From a virus: a stretch of 64,000 nucleotides of DNA. This document shows positions 1 through 9,133 of the stretch, piece after piece. The stretch is taken from positions 19,780 through 83,779 of the IMG/VR virus record IMGVR_UViG_3300044961_000262; one strand, 5' to 3'. The notes below the pieces were generated by a model. It searched no databases, had not been told where the DNA came from, and saw nothing but the letters and a program-made list of their open reading frames with translations. Each line of letters starts with the position of its first letter. The first letter of the stretch is position 1. The translations under genes and the position numbers were made by a program.

Positions 1-712
1 ATTTTTTGCAAAATTTCTTTAAACAGTATTGCTTAGAAAACATTCCCATTGTTTCATGTAAACTTAGACGTGAACCTTCTATGTTTTCTTGTGATAGTAA
101 ACTTATATGGTCAGTTATAACGAATACCCACAAGTTTTCATCAGTATATTCATATCCCTTAGCTTCAGTATTATCTGAATCATGTATTTCTTTTCCTGTT
201 TCAGGATTATCGAAATATCGTTTTACATGTTTATAAATACCTGTTGGATTTGAAACGTGGTCTATTACTTCTATGTAATTTTCCATATCTGTTACAATAT
301 TTTCACATTCAGCTATTTTTTCTATTACTGATTCTTCTAAATTAAAGTTACCTAATGATTTTAATTGGCTTGGTGATATATTAATTTGATATTTTTCGTA
401 TAAAATCGTAGATATGATACCTAACCAAAAATCCTCTTTAGTTTCTTCTAAAGCAAAATAAAATATTTTGTATTTTAGGTGAGGATTAGATTTAATGAAT
501 TCGTAAACTGTTGTAATTGATAGAAATTTAGCCAATTTAGTTTTACCAATACCGGAATTTGCAGTAAGTAAATAATACTTACCTTTCTCCCATCCAGGAA
601 AACTTTCAGAAAATCTTTTAAAGGGAAAAACAATACTATTTTGTTTACCTTCATCTTTATTTTTCTTATTAGTTTTGATTTTTTGATAAAGACTATTAAA
701 AATCTTCTCCAT
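1..712 (-). CDS. DnaB-like replicative helicase, N-terminal part (runs off the window edge; missing from the ORF track)
   Basis: Manual translation from ATG at 712: MEKIFNSLYQKIK...FPFKRFSESFPGWEKGKYYLLTANSGIGKTKLAKF. Walker A (ANSGIGKT) in DnaB-like context. Confidence 0.8.
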   Translation of the reverse strand, partial: MEKIFNSLYQKIKTNKKNKDEGKQNSIVFPFKRFSESFPGWEKGKYYLLTANSGIGKTKLAKFLSITTVYEFIKSNPHLKYKIFYFALEETKEDFWLGIISTILYEKYQINISPSQLKSLGNFNLEESVIEKIAECENIVTDMENYIEVIDHVSNPTGIYKHVKRYFDNPETGKEIHDSDNTEAKGYEYTDENLWVFVITDHISLLSQENIEGSRLSLHETMGMFSKQYCLKKFCKK

Positions 713-1280
713 TGACAGCTTCTCCTTTCATTCTTCTAATTGAATCTAACATCGGTTTAGTTAAAAACTTATCTAATTTGCAATTAATTAGATTTTTCTG
801 TCGAGCAAATTTAATTAATTCTATTACTTCTTCATGCTTTTTTTGAGAATTTTTTATAATCTTTTTATAATCACTAGATAATTTATCTAAATCTCCAGTT
901 TTTGTAAAAAAAGCTGAACCTTGAACAGTTATTGTATCGGGATAAGCATCTAAAACTTCCTCAAAAGCAATGTCAGAATTAATAAAAAATAATTCAGAAA
1001 ATTTAGGAGTAATTATAAGCTGATCAATAGAATAATTACTTTTATTGATAGGTATCAGGTACCCTTTACTTTCTAAATCTTCGACCTCATTAATTGTCCA
1101 TCCGCTACCTTCATTTTGCCATTTATATATTGATCCTGAAGAACTATACTTTAAACTACCTTGCGAATCTCTCACCATTTGCTCAGTAGATAGAAGATAT
1201 AGTAATAGAAATTGATTACAAGTTAACTTATTTTTTGTTAAAAAGTTAACATACTCTGTTACATTGTCTAATATTCCCAT
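696..1280 (-). CDS. hypothetical replication-associated protein (possible initiator or helicase loader)
   Basis: 194-aa ORF overlapping the helicase start; N-terminus looks winged-helix-like. Function inferred from position only. Confidence 0.4.
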   Translation of the reverse strand: MGILDNVTEYVNFLTKNKLTCNQFLLLYLLSTEQMVRDSQGSLKYSSSGSIYKWQNEGSGWTINEVEDLESKGYLIPINKSNYSIDQLIITPKFSELFFINSDIAFEEVLDAYPDTITVQGSAFFTKTGDLDKLSSDYKKIIKNSQKKHEEVIELIKFARQKNLINCKLDKFLTKPMLDSIRRMKGEAVNGEDF

Positions 1281-1551
1281 AATATTTATATTTGTGAATT
1301 GTCAACCAATCACATCTTTAACAGAGTATTCATATGAACTACTTGATAGTTTTTTCTTTAAATTTTCTTTTATAGCTTTTGATTTTTTTTTTAATATTGT
1401 ATTTTTTTTTCAAAATGAATATCTTCACATTCACCTAAAATAGAACGACAATACGTAGGATCTTTACATTCCTTACATGGTATTTTCATAAAAATCTTCT
1501 TCTATTTCAATTACACTTTCGTGTTTAATAAAATGAAGAGCTTCTTCTATC

Positions 1552-2079
1552 TCATTCTGAGATAGAGGAAGTTCCATTAATGGTTTTTTCAGTTTCAATT
1601 GAAGACTCACTAAACTTATGTTGTAATTCAGATTGTTGTCTAACGAATTCTCTTTCGATTTCATCCGATAATTTTTTATGTTCTTTATCTGTATCATTAA
1701 GATCTAAATGCTGTAGGAAAGAGTGCATAATCGTAGTATGATCTCTATTTCCTAAATATCTTCCTATTTCTGAATATGAAATTTTAGGTATATGTTTTTT
1801 TGATAAAAAACAAAATATATGTCTATATTCTGAGATTTCTCTAGATACCCTAGCGTTAAGTCTTAAAGTAGATACAGGAACATTTGTTTTTTCGGAAACT
1901 ATTTTAATTAAAAGTTCTAAATCCGGATTTTCGTGCCTTTCTTCAAGTTTAACTTTTTTTTCTAATCTAACTTTTTCAAGTTTATTTACTTTAGATTTTA
2001 AAACTCGAATTGTTGTTTCAAGTTTTTTAATTTGACTTTCATATTCTTTCTGAGATAGTTTTCTTTTTTTCAATGTCAT
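1552..2079 (-). CDS. protein with DnaA C-terminal (domain IV) HTH and N-terminal coiled coil
   Basis: SYSEIGRYLGNRDHTTIMHS matches the DnaA signature IGxxFGxRDHTTVxHA; no AAA+ domain. Confidence 0.8.
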   Translation of the reverse strand: MTLKKRKLSQKEYESQIKKLETTIRVLKSKVNKLEKVRLEKKVKLEERHENPDLELLIKIVSEKTNVPVSTLRLNARVSREISEYRHIFCFLSKKHIPKISYSEIGRYLGNRDHTTIMHSFLQHLDLNDTDKEHKKLSDEIEREFVRQQSELQHKFSESSIETEKTINGTSSISE

Positions 2080-3334
2080 ATTGTATCAAATTATAAATGT
2101 CTTCTATTCTTTTTAACCAAAAGACATTAGATTGTTTTTTAAGAGATTCTTTTAACCATCTTTCATCTTGAGTATCAGGAACGTATAATTCAATAAAGTA
2201 TGCGGTTTTACCTTCTACGAATCTACAAATTCTACCTAAAGTTTGAGTAGCTCTTAACGATTTTGATGTTCTGGACCAACATATTCCTAATTCTAAACCT
2301 TCAACGTTAAATCCTTCTTCTAAAGCTTTACATGAAGAAATATATTTGACTTTAGTTCTTCCGTCAGTAAGTTTTTTAATAGCATCTTTTTTTTGAGAAG
2401 ATTTTAATTTAGAATGATAAAGAACACATTCATTTCCTAACATTTCAGCTATTTGATCGGCTCCTTTTTGAGATTGACCAAATAAAATAGTTTGAAGTTT
2501 TAAATGATTAGCTATTTGAGCAGCAGCTACAATCTTACTCTCAACATGATAAAGAAAATCTTTTCTCATTCTCATGTTCCTGTTCCAATTAAAAGTAGCT
2601 GCGTTAACTCTTTCAATTTTCCAACCTAGTTCGTTAGCTAATCTATTTCTTTCTGAAGAATCAGTAACACATTTCATAGCCAATTGGAAATCAAAGTTAA
2701 ACATTGCAAAATGCTTATTGAATTCAGAGTGCATTTTATCATAAACTTCTCTATCGTATTCAGATAAATGAATGGGAACACATAAAACTTTATATTCGCT
2801 AATCCATCCGTTATTCATTGCTTCTTTAGCTGTAACTTTTCCGCAAGAACTGAAACCTCTTTCTTCTAAAAATTGTTTATGTTTAAATTCTAATGTCGCA
2901 GATAACGCTAATGCCCAATTAAACTTTGTTCTTTGAATAACTGTTTTAAAAGTGTCTGAACTTTCATTAGAGTATCTATGACATTCATCCATTATTAATA
3001 ATGCACATTCATGTAATGATGTTACATATGTATTAACGACATAAACTCTTACATTTTTTAAATTATGAATTTCAATATGTCCTTTAACCCATTTTTTAGA
3101 TTTTCCTTTACCTGTCCAATAACCAGTCCAATCTTCAAGTAATTTAGTAGTTGGAACAATTACGTTAATATAAGCTTCAGAGTGTCGGGAATTACATTCT
3201 TTAATTGCTAAAATTGCAATGTAACTTTTCCCGACACCCGTAGCTGCTTCAATATATCCTTTAGCTTTAACTTGTTTCCAATTTTCAATAACTGATTTTT
3301 GCCATAAAGTTCTGCTGCTATTAGGATTTATCAT
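2039..3334 (-). CDS. SF2 DExH helicase (ResIII/UvsW-like)
   Basis: Motifs AATGVGKS, DECH, SAT, LEEGFN, QTLGRICR. Confidence 0.9.
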   Translation of the reverse strand: MINPNSSRTLWQKSVIENWKQVKAKGYIEAATGVGKSYIAILAIKECNSRHSEAYINVIVPTTKLLEDWTGYWTGKGKSKKWVKGHIEIHNLKNVRVYVVNTYVTSLHECALLIMDECHRYSNESSDTFKTVIQRTKFNWALALSATLEFKHKQFLEERGFSSCGKVTAKEAMNNGWISEYKVLCVPIHLSEYDREVYDKMHSEFNKHFAMFNFDFQLAMKCVTDSSERNRLANELGWKIERVNAATFNWNRNMRMRKDFLYHVESKIVAAAQIANHLKLQTILFGQSQKGADQIAEMLGNECVLYHSKLKSSQKKDAIKKLTDGRTKVKYISSCKALEEGFNVEGLELGICWSRTSKSLRATQTLGRICRFVEGKTAYFIELYVPDTQDERWLKESLKKQSNVFWLKRIEDIYNLIQYDIEKKKTISERI

Positions 3335-3336
3335 TT

Positions 3337-3774
3337 TTATTTAACTAAAAGTTTTTCAATTTTAGCCATTGTTAAAGCTTTCTGATCTTCAACTGATAAG
3401 AATCCACGAACTTCAGAAATTAAAGCTTCAAGTTCTTTTTTACGAGTTTCATGAGTAATGATTTTAATTCTTAAACTGATATCTTCTTTCCAATCGTTTT
3501 TAGATCCTCCGCTTAATACAAAAGCAGGTACTTCATCAAGACCTAATTCATTAGTTGCATCAAAATAAGCTTTTTCTCTTACTATTACTGAAGCATAAGC
3601 TTTAACTAAAGAACTTAAATCCGTCATAATTTTAATATCACCAACACCCTCTAATATACCAGATGTTCTATAATTCGATTCAGTTACTTCCTTAATACTT
3701 TTAAGTTCATTTTCTAATAAAACTATTAATGAAGGAACATCGTTTGTTTTTGCAATTTGTTTATTGTTTACCAT
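3337..3774 (-). CDS. hypothetical protein
   Basis: 145-aa ORF in a tightly packed operon. Confidence 0.7.
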   Translation of the reverse strand: MVNNKQIAKTNDVPSLIVLLENELKSIKEVTESNYRTSGILEGVGDIKIMTDLSSLVKAYASVIVREKAYFDATNELGLDEVPAFVLSGGSKNDWKEDISLRIKIITHETRKKELEALISEVRGFLSVEDQKALTMAKIEKLLVK

Positions 3775-3971
3775 ATTGTTTGTTTTTTTAATTTTTCTAT
3801 TTCGGTTTTTAAATTTTCTATTTTTTCTTCATAATCTGATACTTCACATTTTAAATCATTTACTTTTTTTGTAAGGTTATATATTTCATCAGATTTATTA
3901 GAATTTTCATATTCTAAAGTTTCTACATAATTTTGTAAATTAGTTATTAATTTATCAAATTCTTTACTCAT
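3768..3971 (-). CDS. small coiled-coil protein
   Basis: 67-aa heptad-rich ORF overlapping or abutting its neighbours. Confidence 0.6.
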   Translation of the reverse strand: MSKEFDKLITNLQNYVETLEYENSNKSDEIYNLTKKVNDLKCEVSDYEEKIENLKTEIEKLKKQTIW

Positions 3972-3973
3972 AA

Positions 3974-4261
3974 TTAATAAATTGGAAATGAATTAACTAT
4001 TACATCTTTCGGCATATTTTCAATTAATATATTATTTATAGGATCTTTCAAATGCCAATTTACTTCTTCTGGAATAGCCTGTCGCCAATCAGATTGATTA
4101 GCTTTACTTGTACCTCCTACTTCACTATAATATAAAGTATCGGAGCTATATTTACGTATTTTATAAATTTTTCCTATTGTTCTATTTGTAGATCCTTTTA
4201 AACCTATACATACAGCGTATCCGGGATATTCTATTCTTCCCCATATTAATTGTTTTTCCAT
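3974..4261 (-). CDS. hypothetical protein
   Basis: 95-aa ORF with 2-nt gaps to neighbours. Confidence 0.65.
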   Translation of the reverse strand: MEKQLIWGRIEYPGYAVCIGLKGSTNRTIGKIYKIRKYSSDTLYYSEVGGTSKANQSDWRQAIPEEVNWHLKDPINNILIENMPKDVIVNSFPIY

Positions 4262-4263
4262 AA

Positions 4264-4746
4264 TTATTTCCAGTTAATTTTAGGACAGTAATTTTTATAC
4301 CAAGATTTACAATAATTTACAATTATATTATTAGATATTTTATCTTCTAAAGTATATTTTACATTTTTTTTAATCCATATTTCTCTAATAATTAAAATAC
4401 ATATTATAATTGATATTATTCCTCCTAATGTAGCAAGAGTTGAATTGTAATTATCGAAATTCAATGCCCATAAAATATAATGATATATTCCTATAATATA
4501 AAATATAATTATAGTTACAATTGTATATATTATTATACCTATACCAGTTCTTCCATCTCCTTTATGAAAACCGTCTTTAGTAATCATATTTACAATACTT
4601 ACAGGTAATCTTAAAATAAGATTAGGAATGAATAATATTATTGCCGTTACTAATTTCCAAAAAAAAGGGCATAAGTTTTCAGGTAATTTTGAATTGTATG
4701 TATAGTTATATAACCATACATACCATGATTTCGTTTTTAATTCCAT
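4264..4746 (-). CDS. membrane protein
   Basis: Three hydrophobic segments; LPxNLCPFFW and CPKINW motifs. Confidence 0.7.
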   Translation of the reverse strand: MELKTKSWYVWLYNYTYNSKLPENLCPFFWKLVTAIILFIPNLILRLPVSIVNMITKDGFHKGDGRTGIGIIIYTIVTIIIFYIIGIYHYILWALNFDNYNSTLATLGGIISIIICILIIREIWIKKNVKYTLEDKISNNIIVNYCKSWYKNYCPKINWK

Positions 4747-4755
4747 GTTTATTTT

Positions 4756-5208
4756 TTATTTAATTAAGTTTTCTAAGCAATAGATTATTGCTGCTTCTTT
4801 AGCTTCTTCTGGTGTGTCAAAGTTATACCCAACATCTATAATGTCTGATGGGTTATTAGGGTTAAGTTTACAAATATTATAATTATATCTTATTGTATCT
4901 TTTTCATAATTCCATTTAATTATTTTTGATGTAATATAAATATCAAAATTTACAAATACCCAGTCAATAGCTAATTGTTGTGTCGGTGCTAAAAACACAT
5001 TTTTACGGTTTAACGCAACATATTCTCCAATAACGTACAGTTTATTTTTTACATTTTTTATTAGATAATTTCTACCATGTTCATCAATACCAAATACTTT
5101 ACTATTTGGTTTCATGTAAAAGAAAGAACAGTAAGCATCAAATCCTTTTCCTTTTAACAGCTTAGCTGCTTCAAAAGATACTAATTTTTCTTCTATATTA
5201 TTATTCAT
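4756..5208 (-). CDS. hypothetical phage protein
   Basis: Likely start MNNNIEEK at 5208 (avoids overlap with the upstream gene); contains VSFEAAKLLKxKGF...APTQ...W...PEEAKEAAI. Confidence 0.65.
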   Translation of the reverse strand: MNNNIEEKLVSFEAAKLLKGKGFDAYCSFFYMKPNSKVFGIDEHGRNYLIKNVKNKLYVIGEYVALNRKNVFLAPTQQLAIDWVFVNFDIYITSKIIKWNYEKDTIRYNYNICKLNPNNPSDIIDVGYNFDTPEEAKEAAIIYCLENLIK

Positions 5209-5228
5209 AATTTTAATCTTAATTGATA

Positions 5229-5480
5229 TTATAAAGTATTTAAAATAAACCATTCAAGCCATATTTTAACCTTATATGTTTTTCCAAAACCACCTTTTAA
5301 TTCTAAAATTTTAGAATATTCTATATTTGGATTTTCAGTATTAACGTTATTTATTACTTTATAATCTCCGTAATATTTTTTAATAATTTCTTCAGCATTT
5401 TCAATTGAATCAGCAACACCTATTATGATATGTTCATCATCATCAAAGTCTTTCTCATGTATTACTATTACTTTTTTCAT
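5229..5480 (-). CDS. hypothetical protein
   Basis: 83-aa ORF in the operon. Confidence 0.6.
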   Translation of the reverse strand: MKKVIVIHEKDFDDDEHIIIGVADSIENAEEIIKKYYGDYKVINNVNTENPNIEYSKILELKGGFGKTYKVKIWLEWFILNTL

Positions 5481-5502
5481 TTTTTATACCTTATTAATAT
5501 TT

Positions 5503-5778
5503 TCATTTTATAATTCTTTTAATCGGTATAAAATATGCACTATCACCTGTTTTATCTTCACTACCTAATGCAAGAATAGCTTCTTCATGAAACCAATCTT
5601 CTTCCATATATTCTTGTGATTCAGGCCATTGTATTAAACAATATCCATTTTCAGTATGATCTAATATATCATTTATAATTTTTACTTTTTCATTATTTTC
5701 ATTATTTTCAGGATTTAATATATCAGATGTTGATTCTCTTATAAATCTTATTGCTGCTTCAAATTTTGTTTTTATCAT
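5503..5778 (-). CDS. hypothetical protein
   Basis: 91-aa ORF containing WPESQEYMEEDWF. Confidence 0.65.
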   Translation of the reverse strand: MIKTKFEAAIRFIRESTSDILNPENNENNEKVKIINDILDHTENGYCLIQWPESQEYMEEDWFHEEAILALGSEDKTGDSAYFIPIKRIIK

Positions 5779-5816
5779 AAATGTTTATTTATTATTAATA
5801 TTATTTAGTAATAATT

Positions 5817-6590
5817 TTAAATTTTAATTTCAATTACTTCTCCTTCTGAAGTTAATGTTGTTTTGATTATTAAACAGTTAGGATAAAAGCAATTATTGTT
5901 TAATGAACAACTTGAACCTTCTTCTTTGATACCATTTTTAGTACATTCCATCTGCAAATTAATTACGTCAGGTAGTTTAGGTTGGTTTTTCAGTTTTTCA
6001 GTTAATTCTTCAAAAGTTATTGAATTACCTGATGTTTTCCAATATTCTTGACCGCCTTTCCATATTATTTTAGCTTCTTCTTCTGTATATTTCTTATCAG
6101 AAGATTTAGCTTGGTTGTAAAGCATTGTTGCTAATTTTGTTCTACCATAAAAACAATTGTCACAACCGCAATCTAATTTTGAAAATTCACCATAAGAAGC
6201 TATTTCTTCTTTGTCATACCCAAATTCTTCTGATAAAGTTTCTTTTATTCCATCAGGATTTCTTAAATCATAATAACAAAGGTTAGTTAAAATTTCTTTT
6301 TCAACACTCTGTTCTACAAATTTGATTATAGGTATTGATTTATCAATCAATTTTCCGATTGATGCTATAATTTTAATAGCTCCAAAATTATTCTTTTTAA
6401 GAGGATTATATATCTGAACTGCTTTATTTCCAATAGGGTCAAAAACCCAATTCAGATGTTGTAATTTAGCTTTTGTATCAACAACTACCCAATAATCATC
6501 TACTTTAATAGGTTTTAAATTATCTGATATTTTGCCATTTACAGATACCGCTGCAAATATGTGTTCATTTGGTATTTCTATTACTTTCAT
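5817..6590 (-). CDS. modular hypothetical protein with Cys clusters
   Basis: 257 aa; CGCDNCFYGR and CSLNNNCFYPNC Cys clusters. Confidence 0.65.
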   Translation of the reverse strand: MKVIEIPNEHIFAAVSVNGKISDNLKPIKVDDYWVVVDTKAKLQHLNWVFDPIGNKAVQIYNPLKKNNFGAIKIIASIGKLIDKSIPIIKFVEQSVEKEILTNLCYYDLRNPDGIKETLSEEFGYDKEEIASYGEFSKLDCGCDNCFYGRTKLATMLYNQAKSSDKKYTEEEAKIIWKGGQEYWKTSGNSITFEELTEKLKNQPKLPDVINLQMECTKNGIKEEGSSCSLNNNCFYPNCLIIKTTLTSEGEVIEIKI

Positions 6591-6800
6591 AGTTTTATTT
6601 TAAAGTTTATTTTAAAGAATTTAAATACTCGTACATTTCTTTTGTTTGGGCAAATTTGCAATTTGTAATTAGAAAATATACATCATCATAGCTTGGGTTT
6701 AATGATTTGTAATAATCTAACATATCCCGTGTCTGTGCTTTTGGATAATTTACTATTAATCAGCGTAAATTATTTTTTACGTCTATTGTTATGTGAAATT

Positions 6801-7112
6801 TCAGAACCACCCACAAGAAATCAATTCTACAATAGTTTTTTCACTATTAACGGTATCATATCGCAATATTTTCCATTTTTTTCCTAATGGTTTAGGTAAT
6901 GGGAATTTTAATGTTTTCCAATCTGCACTATTATTACTATTTGCAATGAAATTATTACAAACAGTAACATCACAATTATAAAAATTTTTTGGTATCTCTA
7001 TCTTAATTATTTTGCTTGGCTTCCTAAAGAAACTTCGCACAACATTGGTTTGTGGCAAGTGCGGCTGACGTGGTTTAACCAGATTTAGTAATTCTAATAA
7101 TCTTCTGTACAT
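6801..7112 (-). CDS. hypothetical protein inside attC-like cassette 1
   Basis: Starts in the loop of the 7037-7170 inverted repeat, reads through its left arm (PHLPQTNVVRS), stops next to GTTATGT at 6788. Confidence 0.6.
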   Translation of the reverse strand: MYRRLLELLNLVKPRQPHLPQTNVVRSFFRKPSKIIKIEIPKNFYNCDVTVCNNFIANSNNSADWKTLKFPLPKPLGKKWKILRYDTVNSEKTIVELISCGWF

Positions 7113-7170
7113 ATTTTCAAAATTTGTGTTTCAAAATCTGCACCTGACCACAAGTTAAGTGCCGTTAGTG
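7037..7170 (+). repeat. attC-like recombination site
   Basis: GCACAAC (R'') ... TTGTGGCAAGTGCGG / CTGCACCTGACCACAA imperfect inverted arms ... GTTAGTG (R'). Confidence 0.6.
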
Positions 7171-7171
7171 A

Positions 7172-7453
7172 TCATTTCTTTTTACGTTCTAACCATTCTA
7201 TAAAATATTTCATCGCTGCCCATCCTTCTGCATCGTAATGAAAAGGTGTGTTCCAATCAGACATTTCTTCATCTCTGTATTGTTCTAACAAAGATTTAAT
7301 TTCCGCAAGCAACGAACCGCTAACAGGTTGTTGGCGTAATGTTACTTCCATCTGTCCAATTAAGGTTAGTAAATCATCGTGCTGCCTACCTCTTGCAGTT
7401 TTTACTTGCCCAGTTGCTACCCATTTTCTAAGTATTTCCAAATGTTCTTTCAT
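7172..7453 (-). CDS. hypothetical protein inside attC-like cassette 2
   Basis: Starts in the loop of site 7318-7509, reads through its left arm (TLRQQPVSGS), stop 1 nt from GTTAGTG. Confidence 0.6.
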   Translation of the reverse strand: MKEHLEILRKWVATGQVKTARGRQHDDLLTLIGQMEVTLRQQPVSGSLLAEIKSLLEQYRDEEMSDWNTPFHYDAEGWAAMKYFIEWLERKKK

Positions 7454-7509
7454 TCTATTGTAATTTATCGTTAATAATTCACACTACTCCAACCACCAAC
7501 ACATTAGGT
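7318..7509 (+). repeat. attC-like recombination site (R' degenerate)
   Basis: CGCTAAC ... TTGGCGTAATGT / ACACTACTCCAA (10 of 12 complementary) ... ATTAGGT. Confidence 0.55.
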
Positions 7510-7527
7510 GTAAGTGCTATGACACTG

Positions 7528-7749
7528 CTACCAAGCATCATCTGTAATTCTAACATTTAATTTTATTTTACCATCAGACCATCCAATATCGTGATTTTCT
7601 TTTTTAACCTCACATCTTTGAGTATCTATTGGGTAAGGGTATGCACGTTGCATAAGTTCATTTTTTGGAACTTCTTTTTCCACTTCAATTTCAAAAATAA
7701 AATCATCAGGAATAGATGAAATTAAATCTTTTAATTCTTTGATTGTCAT
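7528..7749 (-). CDS. hypothetical protein in cassette 3
   Basis: MTIKELKDLISSIPDD-type small protein between R' at 7503 and R'' CACTAAC at 7774. Confidence 0.65.
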   Translation of the reverse strand: MTIKELKDLISSIPDDFIFEIEVEKEVPKNELMQRAYPYPIDTQRCEVKKENHDIGWSDGKIKLNVRITDDAW

Positions 7750-7773
7750 TTTCGTTTAATTTACCGCACCAGC

Positions 7774-7800
7774 CACTAACAGCGGTTTGGTGCTATTATT
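7774..7800 (+). repeat. left half of an attC-like site (no right arm found)
   Basis: CACTAACAGCGGTTTGGTGCTATT, similar in style to the left arms at 7037 and 7318. Confidence 0.4.
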
Positions 7801-7949
7801 TTACCTAACTTTCTTCTTGCGGATAAGAACTAATATCGGCAAAAATTCTTTTACCATCAGTGCTTACTCTTAATCTTTCTTCGCTTGGAATATGTATTTC
7901 CATTTTCTTATTTATTTAAGTTGTTAAAAATTCATTTAAAAAGGGCGGC

Positions 7950-8044
7950 GTATAACGGTGGCTAAAATAAATTGTAGCATTTGTTTTTAGATTGAAGTTT
8001 TAGATCTCCAAAACCCTAACTTCTTTAGCCGTAAAAAATTAGCG
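7950..8044 (+). repeat. attC-like recombination site (R' degenerate)
   Basis: GTATAAC GGTGGCTAAAATAA ... TTCTTTAGCCG ... ATTAGCG. Confidence 0.5.
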
Positions 8045-8050
8045 ACAAAG

Positions 8051-8315
8051 CTATACAACCTTCCAACTATCAATTCTAACTAAATATTTCCTTTATATAA
8101 ATTTTCCATAAATCTTCAATTCCACCATCATTATCTCTACCTCTTTCAACACGTCTATCCATAAAATACATTTTACCTTTATATAACCTCACATTAGATT
8201 GAATTGAAGATGTATTCTTCGTAATCTATATAATGAAATTAACTGTATCATTATTAACATCAGATATATTCAAGTTTTCTTGGTTTTCTTTGAAACTTTT
8301 TATTTTATTTTTCAT
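8051..8315 (-). pseudogene. decayed cassette ORF
   Basis: MKNKIKSFKENQENLNISDVNNDTVNFII*ITKNTSS...LWKIYIK, then a frame change to KYLVRIDSWKVV* ending 6 nt from ATTAGCG. LNISDV is the antisense read of an R''-like TATTAAC at 8252. Confidence 0.4.
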
Positions 8316-8338
8316 TTTTAATTTTATTTACTAATAAT

Positions 8339-8370
8339 AAAAAAAAGAAGTATCCGAAGATACTTCTTTT
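8339..8370 (-). terminator. intrinsic terminator downstream of tmRNA
   Basis: GAAGTATC-TTCG-GATACTTC followed by T8 on the minus strand. Confidence 0.8.
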
Positions 8371-8412
8371 CCACCTTTTAATCTAATCAAGCATATGACA
8401 AAATTTGATTTG

Positions 8413-8790
8413 TGGAGATGTGGGGAATTGAACCCCAGTCCAGATAACTGCTATATAACAACTTTTATTACATGCTTAAATCTAATATTTCTATTTGATT
8501 AGTATTAAGCTTAACTGAAATTAAGCTTCACCAGTTAATCTTTAATATTATTATACTCCTAATAGATTAACAAACTTGGGAGTGAAAATTAAGCAGCTAA
8601 AACTACTTCTTTTTCTGCAACAGGAGCAAAAGCAATTACCATTGCTTCTACTTTATCAGCAAAAGTCCTAGACTCGTCTGATATATTGTTATTGTTTGCA
8701 TTTGTTTTTTGATAGTAATTTAGATGTAATCTATCATCCATCGCATGATTGTTATAAGGCTAAACGTTACTGTCAAATCCTGTCATCCCC
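8413..8790 (-). ncRNA. ssrA: tmRNA (378 nt), tag ORF 8699-8589: ANNNNISDESRTFADKVEAMVIAFAPVAEKEVVLAA*
   Basis: 5' GGGGATGACAGGATTTGACAG; 3' T arm GGGGTTCAATTCCCC plus CATCTCC-A; acceptor stem has the G3:U alanine wobble; GCA resume codon and LAA C-terminus. Confidence 0.93.
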
Positions 8791-8797
8791 TAAATAG

Positions 8798-9064
8798 CTA
8801 ATCTTTATCAGCTATTTCTAATTTCTGCAAAGCTAATTTTTTTTCTTCAATTCTTTGTTTTAAAACTTCATCAAATTGTTCTACAAAATTTGTAAATTTT
8901 TCATACAAATAGTAGTGCATTTCGTTTTTTTTTAAACAAATTTTACGAAATTTAATTAACTCGTCATCTGTTAATTCCGATATTGGTTTTAACGAACCGT
9001 CTTTCATTTTCCAAATGAGTTCTTTTTCATCTGTTTTGAGCATTATTTTGTTAACTGGTGTCAT
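8798..9064 (-). CDS. hypothetical protein
   Basis: 88 aa; WKMKDGxxxxIxELxD motif shared with 14621..14896. Confidence 0.65.
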   Translation of the reverse strand: MTPVNKIMLKTDEKELIWKMKDGSLKPISELTDDELIKFRKICLKKNEMHYYLYEKFTNFVEQFDEVLKQRIEEKKLALQKLEIADKD

Positions 9065-9088
9065 ATGTTTATTTATTAAAAAATGAAT

Positions 9089-9118
9089 AAAAAGAAGAGT
9101 CTTTCGACTCTTCTCTTT
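9089..9118 (-). terminator. intrinsic terminator
   Basis: GAAGAGTC-GAAA-GACTCTTC followed by a T run on the minus strand. Confidence 0.75.
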
Positions 9119-9133
9119 AAATTAAACTAAAAA

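Noticed and set aside
8413-8445. tmRNA 3' end as an attP/attB marking a prophage or island boundary
   Set aside because: No duplicated 3' fragment or integrase seen in the window, and both flanks are phage-like.
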